Assembly: GCA_946965045.2 (NCBI GenBank)
Contig: OX337229.1
Location: 1,488,001 to 1,552,000, forward strand
Length of the DNA: 64,000 nucleotides
Reading direction: 5' to 3'
Source of the DNA: Epithemia pelagica
Lineage: Eukaryota > Protista > Bacillariophyta
Numbering within the stretch: the stretch's first letter is position 1; the number at the start of each line of letters is the position of its first letter. The translations under genes were made by a program, and so were the position numbers. Below are positions 44,468-53,742 of the stretch, in pieces. The notes beneath the pieces were generated by a model that worked only from the letters and a program-made list of their open reading frames with translations, did not search any database and had not been told where the DNA came from.

Positions 44468-45751
44468 ATGTCCAAGCAAGCCCTCAAGGGAGGTCGTTTA
44501 GAACCAGACCATAATGGTCAGGCTCTCACCGCCCAGTGCTTAGGCAGTACATCTTCAAATGTACATGCCAACAAAAGTACGGGGGGGCTTGCACGGAGAT
44601 TAACTCAGGATGAGATTCTGCAGAACATAGCTGAAGAACATACAAGCTTTGATGTTACTAATGCTTTTCATGTCTTCAAGTCCAACAAACCATGTTCTCA
44701 AAGGACACAAGTTGCTGCTTTGGTTGCCAAAGCATCTTCCATGCCAAGGTCTTCTGCACAACGATATCGCCGGAATAAGAAGAGACAAAAGCAGGAAGAC
44801 GCATTGAAAGAGATTACCGAAGCACCTGATTCTTTGAAGATTTCTTCTTCTGTTCTACACAAGTTCTGCCTAGTCTTCACAAATGACCCTACCGATGGTC
44901 CGCTGGAGCTATCAAAATGCACTCCATATGTCCCCCACCCTGTTTCCTTGTCAAGCTGGAAAGTAATTGGAGAGTCTGGTGACCAAGGAAGTATCTTTCG
45001 TCCAGATAAACAGAAACTTCCTGTGTTTCTCAAACCGCCACGTCAAATTATAACAAGTGATAATGTGACACAGAACCTACTTGATGTTCTTGAGAAGTTG
45101 GAGACAACGTGCAACCATCAATCACGTGGCAAGTCACGTTATGTCGGATGTGATGAACACAAGACAAACTACATCACTCTTGGTGTCCATGCAAATCGGG
45201 GAAGAAAAGGGCTGGTAGATTCAAAGTTTTCCAAGTTGAAAGCAAAGGAGAAACGGGTAATCTTACAATTCATCAAACAGCTTGAGACACAGCTGGAAAA
45301 ATGGATCGACTGGTCTTATTCTTTTGCCTTCGAGAACGCTGCAAGAAACGGTGAATTCAAGTTATGGTCCCACAAGGGCAAAAGTACACATTTCTTCTCC
45401 TCTGTTGCGTTCGGACGAAACGTTTTCCTTCAAGCCCATACAGACAACGACTTTGGTCTGTCCATTTCTGTTGTCATGCTTGTGGAACCAAGTAACAAAG
45501 ACAAGGATGAAGTTTTGGCTAAATTTGTCTTCCCAGAACATGGACAAGTTGTGGCGTTACGACACCTCGACATCATCATTTTCAATCCTCTTGAGTACCA
45601 TTGTGTCTCCAAGCGGGCAACCAAACATGACATCTTTTGTCTGACATGCTATTTGAAGACTGCAGTGGTGGGTAAGAACGACAACACAATTTCTATCACA
45701 GACAATGAAAAAGCAATTTTGGCAGCTGCCAAGAACAAAACTAGTCATTAA
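44468..45751 (+). CDS. TET/JBP-like 2OG-Fe(II) dioxygenase (427 aa)
   Basis: SSVAFGRN..LQAHTDND (HxD), FVFPEHGQVVALRHLDIIIFNPLEYHCVS (distal His) and CLTCYLK; first ATG 27 nt after the array. Confidence 0.7.
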   Translation: MSKQALKGGRLEPDHNGQALTAQCLGSTSSNVHANKSTGGLARRLTQDEILQNIAEEHTSFDVTNAFHVFKSNKPCSQRTQVAALVAKASSMPRSSAQRYRRNKKRQKQEDALKEITEAPDSLKISSSVLHKFCLVFTNDPTDGPLELSKCTPYVPHPVSLSSWKVIGESGDQGSIFRPDKQKLPVFLKPPRQIITSDNVTQNLLDVLEKLETTCNHQSRGKSRYVGCDEHKTNYITLGVHANRGRKGLVDSKFSKLKAKEKRVILQFIKQLETQLEKWIDWSYSFAFENAARNGEFKLWSHKGKSTHFFSSVAFGRNVFLQAHTDNDFGLSISVVMLVEPSNKDKDEVLAKFVFPEHGQVVALRHLDIIIFNPLEYHCVSKRATKHDIFCLTCYLKTAVVGKNDNTISITDNEKAILAAAKNKTSH

Positions 45752-45820
45752 AGTAAAACATAATATGTTGCATAAACAAACGCTCAATATTGTTTAGATC
45801 TGTTATGGGAGTTTTACAAA

Positions 45821-48800
45821 CTAGGTGAAAGATGTCAGACCTAATGTGGCACCACGGAAACGACGTTTATGCTGGGTTTGTTCAGCATTTGCTGAAACCC
45901 ATTCCTGACCTTGGTTGTGATGTCCCCGTTCTGCCATTTTCCGGCGTATGTCTCGACGTAGTTGGCGAAATGACTCAAGATGGGATAAAAGATTGTGATC
46001 AGAAGCGACATAGTTACCAGACCGGAAAAGATCCTGTAGTTCTGAAACCTCTTTGTGAATACATGAAATGAATTGTTGTGTTGTCATTTGCTCCCCAGCT
46101 TCTTCTTCAATTGCCTGCAGGAAAATTTCATTCTCCTCATTCTCCTGGGTGGAGAAATGCGCGTCGTACGTGCCTTGGCCATCTGTGTCATAGTCTTCTT
46201 TTTCTTCTGGAAACGAAGGAAATGCTGGCATTTGGGTTGTGTAAGCATTGTTTGTGATGTCATCATTTGTGACAAAACATTCTTGGGACAGATATCCAGG
46301 ATTAGGACATATCTCCCTTTCCCTTATTGTTGTTGTTGCTGCTGTTGCATTTGAGACAAGACTTCCTCCAAATGTATTGATAGCACGCAGTATTTGATCT
46401 TCTGTATAGTTGACACAACTACTTTTTGGATCAACGTGCAGATGTTTGAATTTGATGGGATTGTCTCCCGTGTTGTACGGGCCTTCTGTCCAGCCATCTA
46501 TATTTTGAAGGGGAAGGGGAAATTTAGGTCCAGATATGTCGTTGTCCAGCAAGTGCTGGATGCACTCATCAACATTGTTATCCCCATCACGGAGACCAAG
46601 GAAGACATGTTTCTTCCACCACACAATACTCACATCATGGTGGGTAAATCCTTTGTAGCTAGGATACTCGTGCATAAGCACAGCTGCTTGGTGAGCACAT
46701 GGTATCCCTCGTCGTTCAAAAGACATACAGGTGCACTCCAGGCGTCCCATTTTGTTCAGATGTACACATCGAGTGCGATGCCACACAGGAAGCAAATGTT
46801 TTTTTTCATTGTCGACAATAGAGGGGTCGCTTATAACAACGTGCCATTGCCATGGAGAAAAGGGGACAGGTGCACGACGGACACTATAGTTCTTCCCGAA
46901 ATTCCATGATTTTGTTGCCAGATCAAGACACAATTCTGTGACAAAACCGTTGACTGGAAGGTGGTTTGTCCAGGTGGCCGTTGCTTCTACACTCGAGGAC
47001 GCACGACGCATCTGTTCATCAATGGCCATGTCAGACTGGAGCTTGAGCATAGCTGCATTGAATGCAACAGTTCTGTTGGCCAACACTGGTGCAGAATGTT
47101 CCTTTAAGCCAAGATTTGTGCCTTCATGACTACTGTTTGTCGATTCTTCATAATAGCGGATTCCTTTACGATAATGGAAGCACAAGTGCCTGTCGTGAAC
47201 AAAGACATAGCCAATAAGAAAGTTATGGATAACTTTCCGGAGCTGGGGGGTCAAGAAAGTGCGAACAGGCCTGGAGTAAACAAAGGCAAGAAGAAGACAT
47301 TTTGAGATGTGGAGTTCCTGTTCACTTTCACAGTAGCGTGGATACATGAATGAGTAACACCATTTCTTTACAGTGGTTGCAAATTGCCGGTATGTGCGTT
47401 TGTATTCCCGTGGAATTGCTCCCTCAATGGAGCACTGCCTACTCCAACCCTTGAAAATGATATGCCAGCCACAACGGATTCTGATGCAGTGTGGCATGTA
47501 TCGTCGCATCGATTCTTCCAATTCTTCAATTTCATGGGAGTCTCCATCAGTTACTATGGCCTTGACCCGTGCTATCCATTGTGTTCCAAGAAGAGTCGGA
47601 AAAGCAATGCAGAAAACCCATCGAAATGTTGTTCTTCTCTCATTGGATAGAAACATTCGCATGATGACAAGATATTTTCCATAGGCCGTGCGCATTGACA
47701 CAGTCATTAAGGGGCGGTTTTCTCTATTTGTTCCTTTGGTGACATCAATCTTCAGTACATGCGGAAACAGTCGAAACATTCGCCGCTCCTTATTCGTGAT
47801 CCAAGCACAAGCAATGAACATATTCTGGTCAACATCAAGTTTCAGATTTTCCATTTCAGTAGTATATTCATGGAGGATCTCTTCACAAAAGTGAGTCAAG
47901 TCTGAAACACTGTGGTTCCCATCTTCGTCTTTGTTCTCATTGAAGATTAACCCTGACTGCCGTTCCATATGAGCATCGGTAACACTGTCTGGGCGCGCTC
48001 CCCAAATGCAGTAGCTTAAACTTTCGGCAGTACGAAGCCATTCAACTACGGCTTCTGCAGATGCATGTATTCCATCAAAGTGGTACATTCCTGTTGTGTC
48101 AGTTACACGAAAAGCATATCGCATTTGATCACGAGTAATGGTCAAATTGCCATTTGCGTGGAAGTAGTTGCGACCAGCCGCTGGTCCTGTAAATGCATTA
48201 CCAAGTTCACCCGCACGTTTGCGTTGTTGAGCAGTAAAGTTCCTAATGCGAAATGGAATGTCAGATGACATCTTCTTCATGTGGTTGCAGTGACATGCAT
48301 TCCCGGCGACTCTGGTGATATAGAAACCTTTGGAATTGGCAAAGACCGTGAAATGAAAAGAGCAAGTATGATCACGATGTAGGGCTCGGTTGGTGATGCG
48401 TTTACGCGCTTGTTTCCTACCCTCCGGTCCTCGACTATTAGCTCGTTGATCGTTGTGCAGAGAAATGCCACGGTATTGCTGAATGGAAGGTTCATCACTT
48501 GCTTTACGCTTTTGGTAGACTCTGTAACGTTCACATCGAAAGGTTCTTGAAAAAAAGGGAGGGGAACTTCCTTCAGGGAAGTGTTTACGGGAAGCAAGCG
48601 CAGAATTCTTGGTGGAGTTACCGTTGCTCACAAGAACAAAACCGGATGTTAAAGATTTTGTAACTAAATCTTGGTGAAGATTTGCCATTGAATTGCCTTC
48701 CTTTGAGAGTTCATCTGCAGATTGGAGAGGAGGGTATGTGCTACGATCAAAGTATGCGTACTTGCCCTTGATGCCATTCGCTGCTTGTAGTCGGCCAAAG

Positions 48801-48991
48801 AAGGCACAAATGTCCAGTTCCACAGTTGTGTCACTGTTGGCACAATTGTTGCCTACATGCATTTGGAATTGTAGTGGCGAGTGCCATTCTTTGTCCAATG
48901 ATGCAAAAAGATCATCCAGGTATTGTTGTGTTAGATCTTGGATAGGAACCAGGTTATCCTCAGATAGGGGCTGAGCGTCATTGTCCACCAT
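45821..48991 (-). CDS. MULE (Mutator-like) transposase with SWIM zinc finger (1056 aa from MVDNDAQ)
   Basis: N-terminal C/H finger (FRCERY..CSFHF..CHCNH); DDE residues KIDVTKGTN, VTDGD and SSHEGTN; RCGWH; SWIM CTC..RGIPCAH. The ORF is intact. Confidence 0.88.
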   Translation of the reverse strand: MVDNDAQPLSEDNLVPIQDLTQQYLDDLFASLDKEWHSPLQFQMHVGNNCANSDTTVELDICAFFGRLQAANGIKGKYAYFDRSTYPPLQSADELSKEGNSMANLHQDLVTKSLTSGFVLVSNGNSTKNSALASRKHFPEGSSPPFFSRTFRCERYRVYQKRKASDEPSIQQYRGISLHNDQRANSRGPEGRKQARKRITNRALHRDHTCSFHFTVFANSKGFYITRVAGNACHCNHMKKMSSDIPFRIRNFTAQQRKRAGELGNAFTGPAAGRNYFHANGNLTITRDQMRYAFRVTDTTGMYHFDGIHASAEAVVEWLRTAESLSYCIWGARPDSVTDAHMERQSGLIFNENKDEDGNHSVSDLTHFCEEILHEYTTEMENLKLDVDQNMFIACAWITNKERRMFRLFPHVLKIDVTKGTNRENRPLMTVSMRTAYGKYLVIMRMFLSNERRTTFRWVFCIAFPTLLGTQWIARVKAIVTDGDSHEIEELEESMRRYMPHCIRIRCGWHIIFKGWSRQCSIEGAIPREYKRTYRQFATTVKKWCYSFMYPRYCESEQELHISKCLLLAFVYSRPVRTFLTPQLRKVIHNFLIGYVFVHDRHLCFHYRKGIRYYEESTNSSHEGTNLGLKEHSAPVLANRTVAFNAAMLKLQSDMAIDEQMRRASSSVEATATWTNHLPVNGFVTELCLDLATKSWNFGKNYSVRRAPVPFSPWQWHVVISDPSIVDNEKKHLLPVWHRTRCVHLNKMGRLECTCMSFERRGIPCAHQAAVLMHEYPSYKGFTHHDVSIVWWKKHVFLGLRDGDNNVDECIQHLLDNDISGPKFPLPLQNIDGWTEGPYNTGDNPIKFKHLHVDPKSSCVNYTEDQILRAINTFGGSLVSNATAATTTIREREICPNPGYLSQECFVTNDDITNNAYTTQMPAFPSFPEEKEDYDTDGQGTYDAHFSTQENEENEIFLQAIEEEAGEQMTTQQFISCIHKEVSELQDLFRSGNYVASDHNLLSHLESFRQLRRDIRRKMAERGHHNQGQEWVSANAEQTQHKRRFRGATLGLTSFT

Positions 48992-49409
48992 GATAGGATA
49001 CAAACTATGTGACGGTTTTTGAACTGGAAATGGATTTGAATTTGTCCAGCGCGGGGTGGCCAATTTTATGGTCACGATGAAAGCGGGTTGTTTGTCTATA
49101 TATCCAATGCTCTTTGGAATACATAGGCGACTAGCCCTTGGCCGGGGGGCGTGCGTGATTGGAAGGGTACCCGGAGTTTGAAAAGGAAATGGGATTGAAA
49201 AACTGGGTGTCTTTAATCGGGAGTGGACTTGAGAGTTGGGCCACTGTTCGTAATAATACGAGTAATTAATAATATTATCTTTCTCCCTTGTTGAATCAAC
49301 AATGCCAAATCCGCTCCGCTTCTCCCTACGAATAAAACAAAAAAAGATTCTCATAAGTTTCCGCGAGTTCGTGGAGGACGCTGACGACTGGGCGACTGAC
49401 GACCTGTCC

Positions 49410-50017
49410 CAAGGTTGCTACTACGTCACGTCACGGGACACTACCGTGACGTGACGCCGTAAAAAATGACGGGAATATGTTCCCGTCAGGTTTTTCCCGT
49501 CACTTTCGTCAATTTTAGGGTACTCCCATTGATAAGACAATAGACAATAGGGATGTATGATAGAAATAGGATGTTTTGACTAGCTTGGTGTGTCTATATA
49601 ATGAGTAATGGTCTCTGGGATGTCTGTAAATGGTGCCTGAAGTGGACGGAAGCTCCACTTCGTCTCCATGTCCAAGAATAAATCCCCAAAGTTTGTCCTT
49701 GTCCCGTCACAAGTAGTGGTTCTGACATCCAACCACGGTAAATCAACATCGATCATGCACACATAAGAGTGTTATGACAATGCATGATCAACAATGGTTG
49801 ATTGTTGTTCATTCCTTGGATCACATTTGATGCCATTTTTGTGCGTTTCTCGACTTATCTGTTTGACTACCAAAGATCCACAAAAGATTTTTTGTTTCCC
49901 GTCACTTTTTTCATTCCCGTCATTCGTCACAGTCTGATGGCCTGACGTGACGTCGTCAATTTTACGTCTCGTCACGTGACGTGCGTCAATTGTGACGTCG
50001 TCACAGTAGCATCCTTG
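49410..50017. mobile_element. MITE-like non-autonomous element (~608 bp)
   Basis: Ends CAAGGTTGCTACT / AGTAGCATCCTTG are inverted with one mismatch; flanking direct repeat CCTGTCC(C) at 49403 and 50018; dense GTCAC/GTGAC subterminal motifs. Confidence 0.75.
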
Positions 50018-51967
50018 CCTGTCCCCCTTGGTGTTGCTGTGTCTGTGGACTGTGGACTGTGGAAAGTGGAAAGCGGAAGGTGTCATGGATTGCGACTCGA
50101 AACGAATGGCTTATTAATGGGACGACATGAAGCCAGAAGTTCGAGCGGGCTCCTCGAGCAATGTCGTTCAATATCGCCAACTTCCAACTTCTGATCCGAC
50201 ATTCGACTTTCGACTTCAGGGAATCCTCTGATATCTGACACCTAATTTATAGGACAAACTTAGGGATATCGGAAAAAATTACCGGACAGAAGTCCTAGAA
50301 ATCTTGATGATCAGTACCTAACCTAGCGCCACAGCACTGTACCATAGCCTACGAGCACAACAAGTGACCAGTTTTACTCAACAGTTCGCTGGACACTTGT
50401 CCGGCTCACGATAGCGCTGTATGTAGCAGAAGGGAATTTCACAAACCCTCGCATCACGCTTCACTGGACATCCCCATGAGGGAGTACTTGTTGTCGGAGG
50501 ACAAGAAACCGAAACGACAACAACCCACAGGTGCTTTTGCAAAAGCCTTCGCTCACATCAATGCCAGTACAGAGGAGAGTTCAATGAGGAGATGCTGGCC
50601 ATCAAGTGGAGAAGAGAGGGCATGGCCACCGCTGGCATTATGTTACATGAGGCGAAGGAGAGCCACGACAATGACATGCGGCAATCAACTGGAATGTTCT
50701 GACCCACACACCAATTGCAACAACCGCAGAGAAGGAGCCACCAAAACAATCGAAATGGATCACAATGGAAGACTACCATCATGAATGTCGGTCGATGGAA
50801 GCTTCTGCTTTAAGCAAAAACATCTACTCCCCCATACGAGACAATGGCAGCGACAATGACAACGAGCGCAACAATCAACTCCACCGAACGTACAAGACAG
50901 AGTCCAAAACAACAATCCACTGCAGTAACATTGAGAAAAAGAGATGAGGATGGTATGCATTGTGCCCTTGGCTCTGGGAGGCTTGTTTTCCCAGCTTTCC
51001 TACCGAAGCCAAAACAACAACCTGATGAAGACGAAAACAACAATCAACAACTACATGGATGAGCTAGATGCACTGCAGACTACCAATGCAACAACCAACA
51101 ACTCCTTGTCCAAATGCAACAATCCAACAATTGATTGATGTCAAAGAGGTGCAACAACACAACTACAAGGACGACACAAAACAAAACCTATGATAACCTA
51201 TGATGCCTGCTGCCACTGTGGACAAGAACACTACTGCTCTCGCCCAGACGACAAACATTAGTTGGATACTTAGAGCCCCAGTATCGTCCATAATAATGAG
51301 ATGGCAACGACCAGGGAAGTATCCTTGTCTCAAGGAGACGAGGTCTTCATTCTTCATGCCAAAACGCAAGCAAGAGCACAACCTCTCGTCTCTGCCCGCT
51401 CCACATCACGGGAATAAGACTAAGATTCCTTCTTTTCTATTCTACTTATACTTAGTACTACACCCTACATACGTGGCTTATGTACTAGTTCTACACGGTG
51501 GACGTGCTGTCCTATAAACTTTTGGGATGATACATCGTCTGATCTCCAATTCTAAGTTCTCTAGGGGTCTAAAATGTCTGATAGGCTCATGACGATTATT
51601 GTTTCAATTCCCAGTTCCCACAAACGACACAAGACTAGCGCTCCGAAAAACAAGAACTGTTTCTCTGAAACAGCATGCGACTTAACGTTCTCCCCCACTC
51701 ACACATCACATGTGCATGGGCAGTAGAGATGGGGTAAGACGGAGCGTGAACTGGGTTCCACCAGTTCATTATATCTGTTGTTCGTGGTCCTTTAGTGCTC
51801 ACAGTTGACGAGCATGGCATTTGATGCATGAGAGACTCAATGATGGACTTGATGAAGCACGGCCTATGACGGGCAAACCATAAACTGAATCGCAACATCA
51901 TCGTGAACATAATTCAGTCTCGACCATGAACAAATACTAGGGTTTCAAAATCAAGCTACAACTACTG

Positions 51968-53575
51968 ATGACAATGCTAATGTTTCCTACTGCTGGTGGT
52001 GCTGCGGAGATAACAACAACAACGAAAGAAGCAAGCAGGGGCGAGACACCACTGTGCTATACTACTTTGCCGGAACCTATTACGATTGCAAGTCTGGTAG
52101 GCATCATGCCAAATGACCAAGACACAGGCGACGTATCCAAGAAGACTAAAACCAAATCCATTGACAACACTAAGACGACAGCATCTGTGCACAAAAGTGA
52201 CGGAGCTTCTCCAAGTGCGACTCCTGACAGCGTCATTGGCAGTAACAGCAACACGAACCAGACCCAAGCGACATCGAAGGCAGCAGTGGTGGACGTTCCC
52301 CAAACCCAAGATGTTCTTTGTGCAACAAGCAGTTCTGCCTACAGTCGCCATCCGGGCAATCGTCGCTACACTGTGCTGATTCAACTGTATCGCCATACGT
52401 ATCAGACCACGACACAACGAGATGAAAAGTCTCGTATTACTCGGCAAGTTATTCAAGCTGTCCAAGATTACGGGGGTCGATTTTTGAAGTACAATGTGGA
52501 AACGCAGTCCTTTGTCGAACTGGATGACCATGCCAAACGAGAAAAGGTGGGACACGCCCTTCGTATTGCCGTCGACCCCGCAAAACGACGGCGAAGACCC
52601 CGTGGGGAAGACGGTCTCCTAATGGGCAACGTTGGTGGTTCCGGAATGGCGACGATGGGGGTAATCAACGCACCCTTTCCACCCGACTTCGCCGTCTCTG
52701 GTGGGGAGGAAACGGGTCGTGGAGGAACAGGTAGGACAAGAACAGTCGACAAGGGCACGACCGCAAGGGACAAAAAAGTTCCTCCTTTATTCTCACCTCT
52801 AGCAAAGCAAGAGCAAGGTCGACCTCAAGATATGAACCACTATCAGTCTATGCGCGGCTCTTTATCGGCAGCGTCGGCTGCTGTTGCATCTACACCAGCA
52901 ACTGGGGGGACCGCAGCGGATACGACGATGACGGGACGAGGTCATCAACAACAAGGTACCAATACAACTTCAAGTGTCCCCTCCTATCATTCATTCTTGG
53001 AGGAGGATGCAGGCATGATGTTCCCCCAGCAACAACGACAAGAACGCATGCTACCATTGCTGTACGGTCCACCGGGGACCCGACAAAAAACTGGATACTC
53101 ACAAGACCATGAGCAAAACCGATCGTGGACTCGATCAGACCAACATGTTCAACACGAATCATTGACTGATGCTCAGTCCCATGCTTCTTGGTCTTCCCGC
53201 GAGGAAAACCAAATGTACGCCAATTTTGCTCGTCGGTTGGGTGATGATTCTTCGTTTTCTTTTGTTTCTACTTCTCAGTTTTTGCCTCAGAAAACATCAT
53301 CCGCCATGGCGACGCCAACAACAAACTCAATTCGATTTTCGGAGCACTCAACCTCCAATATTCAAGCTAGAACTTCAACGCCTACTCCCAAATCACCACC
53401 ATTTCTTCATCAGCATCACTCGTTAACCTTGGAAATGCCGGATGACATGCCGGACGAGAGGAGGGAACGAAATAATAATGATGACGAGAACCAGAAACAT
53501 GAAAGCAATGAGGATGAGGATGAGGATGATGACACTCTTTGGGATATGGCCAAGGAAATATCTGACGAATTTTGA
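51968..53575 (+). CDS. DUF6824-type diatom protein (535 aa), paralog of 40677..41798
   Basis: DVLC...HPGNRRYTVLIQ...KSRITRQVIQAV.DYGGRF...REKVGHALR. Confidence 0.87.
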   Translation: MTMLMFPTAGGAAEITTTTKEASRGETPLCYTTLPEPITIASLVGIMPNDQDTGDVSKKTKTKSIDNTKTTASVHKSDGASPSATPDSVIGSNSNTNQTQATSKAAVVDVPQTQDVLCATSSSAYSRHPGNRRYTVLIQLYRHTYQTTTQRDEKSRITRQVIQAVQDYGGRFLKYNVETQSFVELDDHAKREKVGHALRIAVDPAKRRRRPRGEDGLLMGNVGGSGMATMGVINAPFPPDFAVSGGEETGRGGTGRTRTVDKGTTARDKKVPPLFSPLAKQEQGRPQDMNHYQSMRGSLSAASAAVASTPATGGTAADTTMTGRGHQQQGTNTTSSVPSYHSFLEEDAGMMFPQQQRQERMLPLLYGPPGTRQKTGYSQDHEQNRSWTRSDQHVQHESLTDAQSHASWSSREENQMYANFARRLGDDSSFSFVSTSQFLPQKTSSAMATPTTNSIRFSEHSTSNIQARTSTPTPKSPPFLHQHHSLTLEMPDDMPDERRERNNNDDENQKHESNEDEDEDDDTLWDMAKEISDEF

Positions 53576-53742
53576 AAATGAACCTACCATGCCCTCTAGG
53601 TCTCTAGGAGCATTTAGCAAGAAAACTTTTTGTACGTGTCTTTTAGCTGTAATACATAGCAAAGGTAGATTTTCGCCGTAGCCGCACCTCTCTCGTGTCT
53701 CGTATAATCATCTCTCTCGTCTTGTGCGTCGAGACGAGCACC

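Noticed and set aside
42200-50400. Terminal inverted repeats for the MULE
   Set aside because: I found no convincing inverted match between the left and right flanks by eye. The IR at 49410/50017 belongs to a self-contained MITE, so the element ends are left uncalled.
50476-51910. Short ORFs in the CAA-rich region upstream of the second DUF6824 gene
   Set aside because: They are fragmented across frames with no recognisable domain; the region could be UTR or decayed sequence and cannot be supported as a gene.
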